Notes under the pieces: generated by a model
Seen by the model: only the letters and a program-made list of their open reading frames with translations
What the model was told of the DNA's origin: nothing
Databases searched by the model: none
Shown: piece after piece, positions 49,761-63,552 of the stretch
How positions within the stretch are numbered: position 1 is the stretch's first letter
How the letters are laid out: the number at the start of each line of letters is the position of its first letter
Program-made: the position numbers and the translations under genes
Origin: Haplodiscus bocki
Lineage: Eukaryota
Length of the DNA stretch: 64,000 bases
Assembly: GCA_965655095.1 (NCBI GenBank)
Contig: OZ296649.1
Location: 63,860,001 to 63,924,000, forward strand
Direction: 5' to 3'

Positions 49761-52700
49761 TTTGTCCGAATTTGGCACTTTTTGCTTAATGTTTTGCTGT
49801 TCTGCCAACCAGGAGAAACCCATGAGGGCGCTAAACACGGGAGTAGGATTACAACATTTTGCCGTACATCAAATTAAAAATTTTTGAGTTCTCTGCGCAT
49901 GAAAGGCCAATAGAAAAACAGTAGAAATCGGTAGTTTCACTTTTTGTTCATCGAGTCTGTCAAATTGAAGTCAGTTTCAAGATAGAATATGTTAGGGAAA
50001 GTCAAATATGCATATCGATAAGAATCTCAGCCTCCTGAAAATACTGCAACACTTTTCTCAGAACAACATTGATGACGCTGAATAACGGAAGTAAGATGGA
50101 GGCAAGTTAAAAACGAAACAAGGGGCAAAAACTTTTTTTTACGGTTAAAAGGTCACGGTGATATCGATCTCGAGTTATTCAAAAAACTCCACCAGATGAC
50201 ACAAGTTCTAATACAAGTAACAAAGAAGCTGCAGGACAGTTTCCAAGTTTTCCGGTGCTCTTGTCTCTTGAAGCCCTGTGTATCCAGAAATCGCATTGCA
50301 ACCCACTCAGAAATCCAGAAAAAATTGTGCGTCTGAGTGCATCTATGTGGAATAGTGCTTAATGTGGACTCCAGAACATTTGTTTTGTAACACGTCTACA
50401 TCATGACACTAACTACGTAATGGTTCAAGTACTGTTTCTTGCAGATCTTGTCTCACCAATAGTGAGGTAGGTGATACACGAGACGCATTTTATCCCAATC
50501 TGATTCAATTTTTGCTTGTTTCGAGATTGTTTCGAAAATTTTGCTTTCTCAACAATTTGTACCGAAGCAACCAGCGTGAAACAAAACAAATCGTTGAACT
50601 TCAAATAGTTTCCAAAATATTGAAAAATTCGCCTGAAATTAGCGTTCCCGGTGCTCTTAATTTAGTCAAATTAGTCATTCTCAGTGTTTTCAAGAATTTC
50701 CGCACTTTTATCAAACATGTCATTTTTCTGGCTACATTGTGCAACCTAACAGAATGACAAAGCTCAAGTCTATAATTGAACAGCAATGCATGCCACACTC
50801 CTTCAATTTAAGAGCTTTTCAGTTTCATGGTGATTCAAATAAAGTTTTCGAAACTATTTAGTATTCCAATTATAACTAAAATTGCCGTTGTTCAGAATTT
50901 TGGCAGCCTTGGAATCAATGGGATTTTTGACAACAAACGTATCCAAGACTGATGCTAAGAAAGATCTACAGGAGAAGTCACCGAAAAACAAATTTGTGAG
51001 GAGAAGGTTTTTTGCTGTCGTCGAGAACAGCTAATATCTAAACGAATTCGAACTCTTTTGAATTTCAAACCACCTTGGTGACTATGAAAACAAAACAAAT
51101 CGGTTTACCCGAAAACTTTTCAAAACTTCCTCCCATCTTGTAAAATTTTTCCCTAACGGTACTTCAAAGTCAGCCAGCAAACTGCTAAAATTGTCGATTC
51201 TTCATCAAAAGTTCTTTTTCTGCCCTACAAATGATTTTCTCAACATGAAAAAATCAGATGCTAGGGACCCAAATAAATTCCTCAAGGTTCACTAATGACA
51301 ATGAATTCCCTCCCTGGGTAAAGAGCAAGAATAGGGGAATCTTTCAGAGTATTAAAAAATTCACCTTCATGCTGGACAAAACTCAACATTTTTCGCTTCT
51401 TTTTTTGACAATTAAAAACGTATTTGGTTTCTTTCTAGGAACGTTTTCTTCCCAAAATTCTTTTCAACATCGAAACCAATGAGAATCCAAACCCATCGCC
51501 TAATTTTAAAACAACTTCAGAGAGTTAAAATTTTTCCTAATTTTGGTTTTTTTGGTGCCTTTCGGTCAGCTAAAAACAGCTATTCTGTAACTTTTGCGGA
51601 CTTTTCGCACTTTTTCTAACCTTTTCAAAATATAAGCGTCTAAGTGCAAATTAATTTCATTGCAAAGCACAGATCTAGATATGCACAGTGGAACAAATCA
51701 AATTTGTCCACTTTTGAGGTTTCTCTGTTTCGTAGTGTTTTAAATGGCGTTTTCGTGCTTCCATTTAGGATAAAATGCACCAAAAATGTTTTTTTTCTCG
51801 ATGTTTTGCACTTTAGTCATGCTGATCAGTTTTCTGAGTCTTATTGCAGACTAAAAGAACATAGAAGCCTCTTTCTTAGCTGAAATAACAAGCTTTTGGG
51901 GACTTGATTGATTTCGAAAATTATCAGTTTCCTTAAGTTTCATTTTCGATGATTTAAAGAATGGCAAGCTTTTCAACTTGTCCAGAATTTCCACAGTCTG
52001 GCCTTCTAATTTTGCTTTTATAATCGCAAAAGCATCAAAAATTGATGAAAATAAAGGATGAAACAAGTAAAGCGAGTTTTTGATTATTCAGACACCTTGG
52101 GACCGCAGTTATGAACATATGTTAAGATTATGGATTTGTTCGGATATTCGAATACGAGAGAAAAATTTATTGAACAAATCAGTCTTTTCTGTGTTTAATG
52201 GTCTCAAAACGTCTAAATGCTGCAAGAAATCTCAATGCAGAAAGCATGAAAATCTTCTCAGGTGTTGCCTCAAGTTGTTTTGATTATTTCAGAGAAAGAT
52301 CCGAAGCCACGAAAGTTTTTGCACGGGGTATTTTTCAATTAGCTTCCGCAGGGTGATTATATCCTCAAATTCAATCGGTTGTTGGATTAGTTCCACGGTA
52401 TCAGTAAGGACAGTTGCAATTTTTTTTGTCGTCAAGGAAATGGTTTTCAGGGCCACCGTTGCCACTCTCTGATAACCAATTTTCCAATTCAGGAACAAAT
52501 CGCAGGTTGACGGCCGGAATTGCGAGGATCTCCTTGATATTTGGTTCTATTGCATATGCCATAAGGTCTGAAAACAAGACCAAAGTGTGGTCCAGCTCCG
52601 TTGAGAAGTTAGAAGTTTCCTTCTTGAAAAACGCCCAGGAGGAAAACACTAAATGAATAACTTATTTTATGTTGATAGAATACATGAATTCCTCAACGCT

Positions 52701-55700
52701 CGGGTTTCTCTGCAAAATCTCCCACAAAGCTTCATTTCAATGCTTCAACGACACTTAATTCATAAAATGTAGTCAAGTGGGAATATTTGGGTGAAAAAAC
52801 TTAATGAGAAGTTTACCAACAGCTAATACAAGAACTTCCTCATTTCAATGAGCGGCGCCGTTGTTAAGGAAAAGAACAGCTTTAGATTCTTCCCCAATCT
52901 GCAATAACGTTTGTCACCCACAAAATGCTTTTGACACCAATCTTCATAAATTTTGCAATCCATCCAAAGCTCTTTTTGACTCTTACAAACAACAGGTTAA
53001 GTACTCACAGTAATGTTTTTGAAAATCCAAGAATTTTGTATTTACCAATTGGTTGAGCTGAAAATTATTTGATTGAGCCACTCGCATTGGCGTAAACGTT
53101 CACAGTGATCCTGATCCTTTTTTGGATAAATGACGACCATTTTGAGTATATATTGCAAAGTTTGTACAGATTTGATTCAGTGAGTCACTCCGGTGTCGTC
53201 TGAATTGAAAATCTATTAGTTTGAATAACCTTCAACCATTTTGAATATTTTGAGTTTGTACCAATTGGCTTTTATGGGATCGGCCGACATCTTTTCTCCT
53301 TTAATTGATAAATTTAACAAAATGAATCGTTCACAAAACTTTTATACAATCATCGCTTGCGCTAAAGTTTGAGTCAGTATAAAGCAGTGAAAGCAACTTG
53401 GTAAATTGCACTCACGCATTTGCTGCGCCTACATGATCAAAGTTTTGTCGAGCACAGGATACGAACTCTGTTCCGGAACTTGGGTATTTATCTTTGTCCT
53501 ATTTTCATGATCAAACGGCTCAATTCGTCTTGAGAAGAACGTATATCAGTGATAGTTGATATAAATAAATTATAGTTTACCATTAGGAGTGCATATGGAA
53601 TTCCTGAGACTACACCTTTGCATGAATTTAGTTTTTGCTCAACAGTCAGAACTGAGTTTTCATTTTGATTGCAATCTGTTGGGCATTTGGACTTGCGAGA
53701 AAAAAAATTCTATGATAAAAAAATTCAAGCAATCGCTTATGACATTACACTGTTATGACTTGATGGCGGAAAGGTAGTATAAGCTACGATTGCTCATTCA
53801 AACGACGGTAATACGACGAGCGTGCGAATACAAAGGGGGAGATTGAAAGTTTCACCTGAAGTAGAAGATTAAAACACAATTACCGAATGCGGCAGTTCAT
53901 TCCATTCGAACCATCGCGAGTTCTGGTAACCGAGACTCGGATAATCGAAAATTAACAGTAGGATGTTCCTTCTGAAATCAAGGTCTTATTATATGAGACA
54001 GGCAATCGTGAGTGATTTGGAGTCGGTAAAAACTTAACTTGACGATAATTTCGAATTTTTTGCTTTATTGTCTCTTCAGTCATATTTCCGAATTTTCGAA
54101 TGAGTTAGTGTGATGAAAAAGTAAAACTTTCAGAGAATTCATCAGGTTTTTGTTCAATATTGTCTTTTTGTTGATTCAAAACCTGCAAGAAACTGCTCAT
54201 ATATCGATATGTCATGAAAATTTTAGCTTTCCGACTTACAAATCAACTTTTTAGATTAAAATGCACCAATTACAAAAAACACCCAATCTACTGACCTGAA
54301 AAATTTCAAATTTCATTCATGTTTGACAAAGCCTTCACTGTGAGTGCAAACAGTGAGCTTGTTGTCGTACCTTAGAGAATAGATGTCCTTTTTTTTCTTA
54401 TCACACCATTGCTGCTACGCTCCGCTTTCACGCCAGAAATTGGAAATCAATCAACCAGTGAAATTCCCTGCGAACTTTACTTTTCAACGAGTAAAATAGT
54501 TTCTGTGGATGGAAAAACAGAACTTTGGTACGCTAAAGCTGGGCACTTTTAGTCGGTTGCCAGTTATGCACAAAGTTTGACATTTTTACCTACGCCCGTC
54601 GAAAAACTATATGCTCAGACTTCACTAAAAGTAGTACAGAGTCATTTTTTTATGTAGCGCTTTTTGCCGCTTTTTCAACAATCTGGTCAACTACGCAACA
54701 GGCAAGAATTGGAACAAACGCTTGAGTTTCATGAAAGTTTTTGCAAGTTTGAACATCAATTTCAAAAATGACGTTTGTAGGCTTCAAAGTAGGCCAAAGT
54801 GAACTGATTTTCTGACTTGTCCCGACGTTCTCACTTTTGTTATCTAAACAATTTTCTAGCAAATATTGCATACTGATACAATATAGAAACAAAACTCTAA
54901 CCTAAGACGGCAAACTATTCATCATAGAAGTTGGTCAGTGATGAAAAATGTGTCCCAAAACAAACAAAACCTATTTCCAATAATTTCTCGGCACCTTTTT
55001 TGTTTTGGTTTGCAATTTTGTTACTACTCAACCAAATCAGTCATAAGAAACTGATGACTTTCAGAAAACACAAAACATTCTCAAAAATTCATTCTGTTTC
55101 CAAGCTTTGGTGCTTCAAAAAATCACAAAGGCAGCACAAGTTCGCAATTCATCTTGCACGCTTCAATTTTTTGACTTTCAACTCGGTCTTTTTGCTACAG
55201 TTTTGTTAAGTGTACTGAAAATTCCCAAAATAGTGCACTCGAAAAGTTCTTCCAAATTCAGTGCTAAAAAAATTTTTGAACAAGAAGCGGACCTCCTCCA
55301 ACCATCAAAGACATTTACTCTTATTTGATATCGTAAGCTTTGAACACTTTTCAAAAGCTTTTAAATGGGCTTTTTCAGAAAAAAATACATTTTGTCAATG
55401 TTATCATTTTCCTGTAAAATTTCGTCGTTACAATCAACTTAGATACTCGTTATTTCCAATTTTTTTGAATATCTAGCAAATCCGAATGGTTCAGCCCCCG
55501 AGATTTTTCACGCCTTTTTACAAAAAATAAATTATTCGACAATATTACAAGCTCCTCCCAAAGAACTCTTGCGACTGTACATATCTCTTTCGCAATGAGC
55601 CCGGAAGTATTTAGTTAGAGCAAAATTCCGACTAGGTTTTCACAATCAATTAGCAGAAAAGCTACCGGAAAGATGTGCTCCATCAAAGTTTCTCTCGATC

Positions 55701-57092
55701 GTAATTCAAATCAAAAAGAAACAAAACAAAAAAGACGGTTCACCTAATTGCAACAAAACCTCGATGAACCCAAAATGGTTGAAGAAAACTTCATTGGTGT
55801 CATTTTTTTGATAATCAGCCTCACTTTTTTCCAAAACTATCCCGTTGAGTTTTTTCCATCGACGCCTTTCTCTAATGGTTTCTTTTTTTTAAAAAGACTA
55901 GTCTATGAACATTCCAAGGTTTGCATACCATGAATAGTAACCCAGATAGGGCGAAAATGCAAAAATTTCAATTTGTTGGGATTTTTCCTGTTATTCTGAA
56001 ACGTGTTTTACCAAAAGTACACGCTGTATTTCTTACAAACTTCTCCTTGCGCAGGTTCTTATTCGTAAAACATTAATTGACGACGCTAGGGTGGATTTTG
56101 TTCACTGCACTGGAAACATCACTATCCGAAACAATAGTAAACTATTAAGAAAAAGGAATGAAAATACTTTTTTCTCTGTTTTCAAAAACTTTTTTGCTCA
56201 GAACTATCATCTGTTTTTCTTCCATCTGTTTTTCTTCCTTCAAAGTTTTCTTGTGACAGTAAGCTTGAGAAGCTTGCTCTATGAATAAAAATTCAACTTT
56301 GTTACGGGCAAGGGAATACATTTAATCTGAAACGACAAAAATTTCAGGCAACGTTGCTTGTTTTGTCTTTCGAAATTGCGTTACAGCCAAAGTACCTTGT
56401 CCTTGTGTCAAATTCAGATTCTGTATCTCCAATAAATCATGTTTGCTCCCATGTCGACGGAAAATGCCGCTCAAGCTTTCGTTTCTTTTTGCTCCAAAGG
56501 TGTGAAAATCATTGCACTAGCTGTGATCGACCTAACTTTAACCATTTTTTAAAAAATTCAATCATGTTTAGGATTCGTAAAATTTCAGTTTTGAGCGTCG
56601 CGCCTATCGGTAATTCAAATTCATTGAGACTTCTTCTCTTCGCCTTCTCGCAGCTTTCTAACTCGGTTGTGTTTTTTTAATTAGGCTTCAGTGAAGTTTA
56701 CCTGCCAAACAATTACATGCTTAATAAAAGCCTCGTTCCCGCTATCTGTAAATGTTCCATCATATTTGACCTCTTGGTCACCTGACATCGCTTCACTCAC
56801 AAACCATTACGTTCTGTGTCATATAGTTTTTGAAATTTTTGATATCGCAAAATCAATCACGGGAACTCATATTGCTTGAATCTTAATCCTCTGCGTTATA
56901 ACATCAACTTTTCCATATGATCTTATGACACAAAGTTTAGGAAGTTCTGTGTTTTTTTTTCTGTTTGGAATTGCATGATTTTTTCTAAGGTGCATTAATG
57001 ACCACAGGCAAACAATTTATACAACATACACAATCCAGATTTTTAGCATACACTAAATATTATCTATAAGAACAATTTTATTAGAACATGAC

Positions 57093-58872
57093 TGTCATGC
57101 CCGCATGAGGGAAATACTGAGTTATCTACATATCCCTAAAACTACGACTATGTGCTATATATATGAAACTAACTATAGTGATTAAGATCTCAATGCATTT
57201 CTGTAGCCAAAAGGAAAAACGCGAGTATGTCATATTACTTCCCTTCCCCCGCATTAAACGCGACTATGTATTATTTAAAAAATGCTATGTGGTATGTAAA
57301 ACCAAGTACCGCTGAACATATTATAAATTAGCTGCTACCCAACATCGATACCAATAGTGTAGAAATGACAAGATAAAACAGATTCAACAGGTGCCAGATT
57401 CTGACTGAAGCTCGAAGGTGAAAATACACATTAAGAGACTAGAAGACACCGGTAAGCTTCGGCCGGAAATCTGCAATAATTACATGTGCCCTCTGTAATG
57501 CAGTAAATTGACTATATAGACTTGTTTTGAGCTGAATCTACACCACATCGGAAAACATCCGTCCCGATGTTTTCACTCAGGAATCCATTCTACTATAAGC
57601 GCACACGGAAAATGTCAGTTAGAGAGAGATATAGCAGTAGATAGGACAGAATTAGAATGGATTTGGGAGAAAGTAAAGATTGTCCAAGATGGAAAACGGT
57701 ATAATTTGACTCTGCAGCTCAACTACCGAAAGAAACCGATGGATAAAACACACACCGGTTAGCTTGCGCCAGATTTCAGACATTTTACGATGTCTGAGGG
57801 CTTGATACAACTGCTGAAATTTTAAACACATGTAAACAGACATTTTCCGATGTCTGCTTTATAAATAACCTGATGTATCAGTACTAAAACATATTCCGAT
57901 GTCCCATGCAAAAAATAGTACTACATAAGAGTACTAACACTGACTAAGCTGATACATTAGGTATTCGGACATTTTGCGATGTAGATTGGAAAATGCCATA
58001 AAACACCCCCCAAGGAACATCTGAACACCTGCAATTCATCATATTTAGCCCTTTTTCCAATTGTTCACAGATTATTTGCGCAATATTTAGAATATTCAGA
58101 AATGGTGTTCAAACTTGCATAAACTTCATGTTTTATCGCTCTAGCGCCGGATTCGCGCGTCATGCAGTTATTAATTATTTAGCACCTAGACCAAGAAACC
58201 AAAAGGAGCTCGCCGATGATAAGAGTTGCGTCTTACCATCGGTCACGTGACCGCGCTAAACCGACCGCGAAGAGTTAGTAATTCATAACCAAAAAAAAAC
58301 GAGAACCACCAAGCAGACTACTTGCGAGCCAGAGAAAAGTTATTTCAATTCTCACAACCTACAGCGCTTTAAATTTTTGATACATGTTTGACGTCAATGC
58401 CTAGGTTCACTTTTGTAAGACTTTAGAAAACCATATTCTCTCAACAAATAGACCGCTCCAAGTTCTAAATTTCCTCTTGCCGATTGTATGAGTTTTTCTT
58501 GTAAGGTTAAAACACTAAGAAGCGGAAACTCGCACGACTCGAGAACGCAGCCTAAAATGACGATGCACAGAGATGAGAACACGGAAGTAGTGGAATCGGG
58601 AGTAACTGAAGGCAGCGAGGAGAGTAACATTGGACTTTCTCCAGAATTAGTTGAGGAAAGGAGAAAGGCTAGCCTTGAGCCTCTGCATGCTCAAATCGCT
58701 GCCCTAACTGAGATGATGGACAGATTAATCCAAGGCAATTTGACCATAAAATCTACGACGGTGAGTACCAGAGGGCTAAGACTTCAGCTTGAGTCACGTT
58801 ACAGCGAAGACCCGGGGTCATCTAGGTTCGTGACCGTAGCACCTCTGACCACCACGGGATAATCGCCCGACA
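57093..58872 (+). mobile_element. Solo LTR (~1.78 kb) of a probable gypsy-type retrotransposon
   Basis: TGTC...GACA inverted termini; flanks ATGAC/ATGAG (5-bp TSD with one mismatch); internal ACATTTT(C/A/G)CGATGT repeats; 5' end similar to the region at 678. Confidence 0.75.
58488..58862 (+). pseudogene. gag-like N-terminal ORF contained within the LTR
   Basis: KTLRSG...SPELVEERRKASLEPLHAQIAALTEMMDRLIQGN coiled-coil. The stop lies 10 nt before the LTR end. Similar to ORF 1517-1921. Confidence 0.55.
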
Positions 58873-61800
58873 ATGAGGGTCTGAAAAACTTCTTTTAAAT
58901 AAGAACGCTTCAGATAAATTCAGCCTCAAAATTACTCAAAATTATTATGAATAAAATACAATTCTGGATCTCCAATTCTAATTTCAAACTAAATACAGTT
59001 TTGTTTGTCCGATGGCATCAGAAAATCAGCATCAGCACAGTTTTGTTAGTTGAATTCAGACACCGTGAAAATTTGCTCTGACTTAATTCTGCCGCAGCCC
59101 TAAATGAAAATTGCTTTTTCTACTTTTTGGTAAATTTTTCTGAGAGTTTTCGAATTTATTGTTTTCTAAGCAAAGAAGGCTCAGGAACCAAAACATATCG
59201 AACCACGAACGATTTTCAATATTTTTGAGCTCGTTTTTTAGATTTTTCAGAAGCATTTTTGAGTAAGTCAACATTTTAAGTTACATTTTGTTTCATTTTA
59301 TGGGCAGACGAGACTTTTAGGGTTATTTTCTGATTAAACGTTGAGCACAAGCAATAGGTTTTTCATTCTGCTCAATCTGCTGTGAATGGTAAATTCTGCC
59401 AATTCTGCTGTTTTCTGCTCGCTGCAGATTTTCGCGGGGCTTAGTTGAATTGAAAGTTGCATTAGCTGAGCTCTACTGATTAATAGCTGCATTATAATTT
59501 GCAAGTTAAAAATCAGTATTTTCACACGCTAAGCAATAATTACGTCATACATGTACACTAAGAATATTTTAAGAGCAATTGGGACTCAATTCGTTGTTTT
59601 GGTTCAGAAAAATTGAGGCTCGATTCGAATATGTGTTTTCTTACGAAGGATAATGAGCGTACATGTACACTGAATGTTTCACAGCAAAGATTGTTCAAGA
59701 TTTCAATGTGACACATAGAATTTGTAAAACATCTCGCACTCTTTTTACTCTACCGGTACTACTTCCGAGAGTTGCTGAATATTTTTGTATCCTTGACGCT
59801 TTGACAATTAAGATATCGGCGTGGGTAGAGTCATACTCTATAACCTTATTCTATATTATTGCTATTGTTATGAGCGTCAAAAATCCAAGGTCGTCTGTCG
59901 CAAGTAAAGTTAGTTGAGCTGCGTCCGATAGTTTGCAAAACTTAACTTAATTTTCGCCTGCCAAGTTTTGAAAGCAACCAACAAAACGCTGCCTCAATTT
60001 ATGGGATTCTTTGCAGCAACTTGAAAGATATCATTCGAGATTAAGCTTTGTAAGTTTAAGATGAATCGTCAAAAGTCATTCAAAAAGTGTGCTGTAAACT
60101 TTAAAATCTTAAGAGAATTCCACGCATTTTCAACGGGTTTATGTATGTCCGGTCTTCCAGGTGTTCAGTCAGCTAAGCTGCATTTTAGTTGGAGCCGCGT
60201 ACGATGAACAACATGGCCGCTCATTTTGAAATATAAAGTCGCCTCAGTGGATCTTTCTGCGGTATAAGACTCATGTGGTGTTGGACCTCAAAAAACAGGC
60301 AGTGTATTTGCTCTAGCATATTTTTGCCAAGTTTCTTAAAGATCTGACACGATTGGCTTAACGTGGTGCGGCTCATGAACAACGGGTGAAGTTTTTTCTT
60401 AAGTTTCAATAATTTCATTCTCAGTAATGATTATCTTCATTCTACCCGGAACGTAGAACGTTCGGTGATCGGGATCAACGCAGATTAATATTTATGCCGA
60501 ACGTGATTTTTTTCCGACACGACTCAGAAAGGTGAATTAGATTAAGTGAAACGATCAGTTCAAGAAAATTAAGCTACTTCCGTCAAAACTATCGGATTAC
60601 ACTTTTTTAAATTCCAACAAGAATTTTCATTACTCCCAATTAAACTATTTGAAAACATTAATTAACTTTATTTACATTCGCTTCAAGGGATCAACTGAGT
60701 CCCGGGTCAATTTTTTTGAGATTCGCCGTTAATTTTTAAGATTGCCTGTAATTCCGCTGCTATCATTCTAAGATTCACCGATAGGCTCTTATCGTAGCAC
60801 ACCTTCGGAGAAAATAGAAAATTGGCGGATTTTGCCGAGAAACGCCGGCAATGTCGCCTATATCTTAGAGAAAAAACGCCGCTCAGTTATGATAACGTTC
60901 TCCGAATGCCAATTTTGAAGATATTCTCCCGAAGGATTTCAATAGATGTCCCAGAGTTTTTGACATTAAATATCAATTGAACTGATGTATTTTCAAAAAT
61001 CTGATCCAAAAATTTTGTGGATGATTTTTTGTCTCAAAAGAAGCAAAACGCAATTTTTGCTAGAAAAACTGTCATCATTATATTGTGCATAACCTATGAT
61101 TTTGTGAAATGAAGACGGAATTTCATAGAAGATTGAATCTCGGATTTTATTCTAAATTCAACTTCTCCTTTTTCAACCTCTGTAAGAAGGAAGAATTTTT
61201 GGGTTCGGGCCAGAAACATAATACACATCATGGAAAAACATTTTGAACTAAATTGAAATCAACAATAAAAAAGTCTGCTAACGGGGGAATTTTACTAAGA
61301 CAGTCCGGTAGCCGCTGCTATTTCTCTGATAAACGCCGGTAACAATGGCTAAATTTCTAAGAAAAGCAGGTCACTGTCGTTATTTTTCAAGGACACACTG
61401 GCATTTTTGCGTTTTTTTTCCACCGATCCCCCATTATCATTGAAAAGTTTCAGCCAAAATTTTGACCAAGGATACTTCGTAAAAATTGTCAGTGGGCATT
61501 CAAAAAACTGACAATTTTCAATTATTCTCAGCATAAAGTAAGAGAAACTCCTTGTCTTTGTTTACTTTGGCAGTGGCTTGGTCATTGTACTGATGTGTTC
61601 CGGTGAAGTATTTTGCTTTTTTCGGCAAAACTGTCATTGTCACTGGGGTCTCCTTTGACCACCAGTGTTTGGCTAAGCGAATGAAGTTCTGGGTGCGTGA
61701 AGTACACTAAGTACTCAGTAAAGTTTGCTGTTAACACTCTAGGTGAATGAAGGTAGAAACATTTCCTTTGTGTGGAACACTGAGTGAGAAGCTGTTGAAG

Positions 61801-62323
61801 GTACCATAGGTTCCAGTGAGGAATCAAACCAAAGCTACAGGACAGTTGGTGGTTAAAAAGATGACCACCGAACGGCATGATTGCGCAGTAATGGATGTAT
61901 TGGTGTGCTCTTTAATTGAACTGAGAAGTTGCTTTGAATTAAAATGATCATTTCGGCGTTGCTCCATTGCCCGAGGTTGATTGGGTGATTTCTTGCAGCG
62001 AACGTGTCCAATCTTTGAAATTAGAGTCTACATGGCGTATAGGCAATTCTTTGTTGCATTTCTTAGCTAAAAAATCGAGATCGCCACTGGCTCTTAGCTC
62101 AAAAGGAAGGAACGATACATGGTCTTCGTTGTATTTCTCTTCAAACTGCTCAACTTTTCGTTCTTGAGCTCTGGAAGTTGCACGACCCTGCTTTTCAACC
62201 ACTTGAGAAACGAAAGGCTAAACTGAAAAGCCTATTAAATTTTTGATTTCAAATCAAAAAGTAGCTATTCAAGGAAATTAAAACTCATCGTTAATCACAG
62301 TCGGCTTAAATTCGATTTGACTA

Positions 62324-63552
62324 CCCGGGTTGAAGTCCCAGAGCAAATCAGCGCTGAACAGCGCTGTTTCAGAGATTTCATAAATTTCAGCGCTGATCAG
62401 CGCTGTTTCAGAATGGGTTAAAAAACCAGCGCTGATCAGCGCTGTTTCAGAGCTGTTCAGCGCTGGTTTTCTCTGAATCAGCGCTGTTCAGCGCTGGATC
62501 AAAACGAAGTGAGAAACCGACAAAAACGCTTCGTGAAAGTTCAAAAAGGTATTGGGATCACGAAAAACGTGTTCTTTTGGAGTGTACCAGCTATGAAAAA
62601 AATCATTCCGGCGAAATTCTAGTCAAAAATTTGAAATGACGCACCCACTTCTTCCTCATGCTTCTTGGTCGCACGTGACCTGTAGAATAGTAAAAAGGCT
62701 GAAATATAGGGTTTTGAGTAAAAAGTGAACTGAAAATAAAGCAAAAGTTGTGTTAATTAGTGTATTTTTACTATTTCAGACCAAAATGTGACGAATTTTG
62801 GCCAGCGCTGAACAGCGCTGAATCAGAGGAAAACAGCCCTGAACAGCTCTGAAACAGCTTTGTTTCAGAGAGAAACAGCTCTGAAACAGCACTGAACAGG
62901 GCTGATAATCTCTAAAAGCGCAAGATCTAAGATCTATTTTTGCCATAACGGAATAATTTCTAAATTTCCAGGAAAGATAAGATCTAAGCTTTCCCGCAGA
63001 AATTTGCGAAAAAAGACTAAGATTTAAGTTTCCAGAGAGCTTAAGATCTGTGGTTACCTAGAGAAAATCTACGGAAAGAGAACAAGATCTAATTTTTTTA
63101 ATGACGGAATAATTTCTAAATTTCCAGGAAAGCTCAAGATCTGAGCTTTCCAGCAGAAGTTTGCGGAAAAAGAACAAGATGTCTTGGGATGTTCAGCGTT
63201 GTCTCAGGGGAAAATCAGGGATGATGAGAGCTGTTTAAGAAGGCTTCAGTGGGTATCAGCTATCTTTCAAGGAAAATCAGCGCTGAAACAGCTCTGATTC
63301 AGCGCTGACTTTTTTTGCTCTGAAAATTTCCAGTTTCAGAGCTGTTTCAGAGAAAATCAGCGCTGTTCAGCTCTGAATCAGCGCTGTTTCAGCGCTGATT
63401 TTTAGCTCTGAAAATTTCCGTTTTCAGCGCTGTTAAGAGCTGAATCAGCGCTGTTCAGAGATTTTCAGGTAATGAACAGCGCTGAAACAGACCTGAAAGT
63501 ATTCCGAATCAGAGCTGATCAGCGCTGAATGTCTCTGAGACGTCAACCCGGG
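62324..63552. mobile_element. Non-autonomous DNA transposon with CCC termini and palindromic sub-terminal repeats (CMC/EnSpm-like)
   Basis: TIR CCCGGGTTGA.GTC.CAGAG...TCAGCGCTGA (~45 bp, imperfect); TA/TA flanks; numerous CAGCGCTG/CAGCTCTG units; internal duplication ACGGAATAATTTCTAAATTTCCAGGAAAG (62948, 63104). Confidence 0.85.

Noticed and set aside
16200-57000. Numerous 60-130-aa ORFs rich in F/K/L/I
   Set aside because: Composition reflects A/T homopolymer tracts in repeats, many use non-ATG starts, and none has a recognisable domain.
62340-63530. CAGCGCTG array as CRISPR or structured ncRNA gene
   Set aside because: Enclosed by TIRs and a 2-bp duplication; explained as sub-terminal repeats of a DNA transposon.
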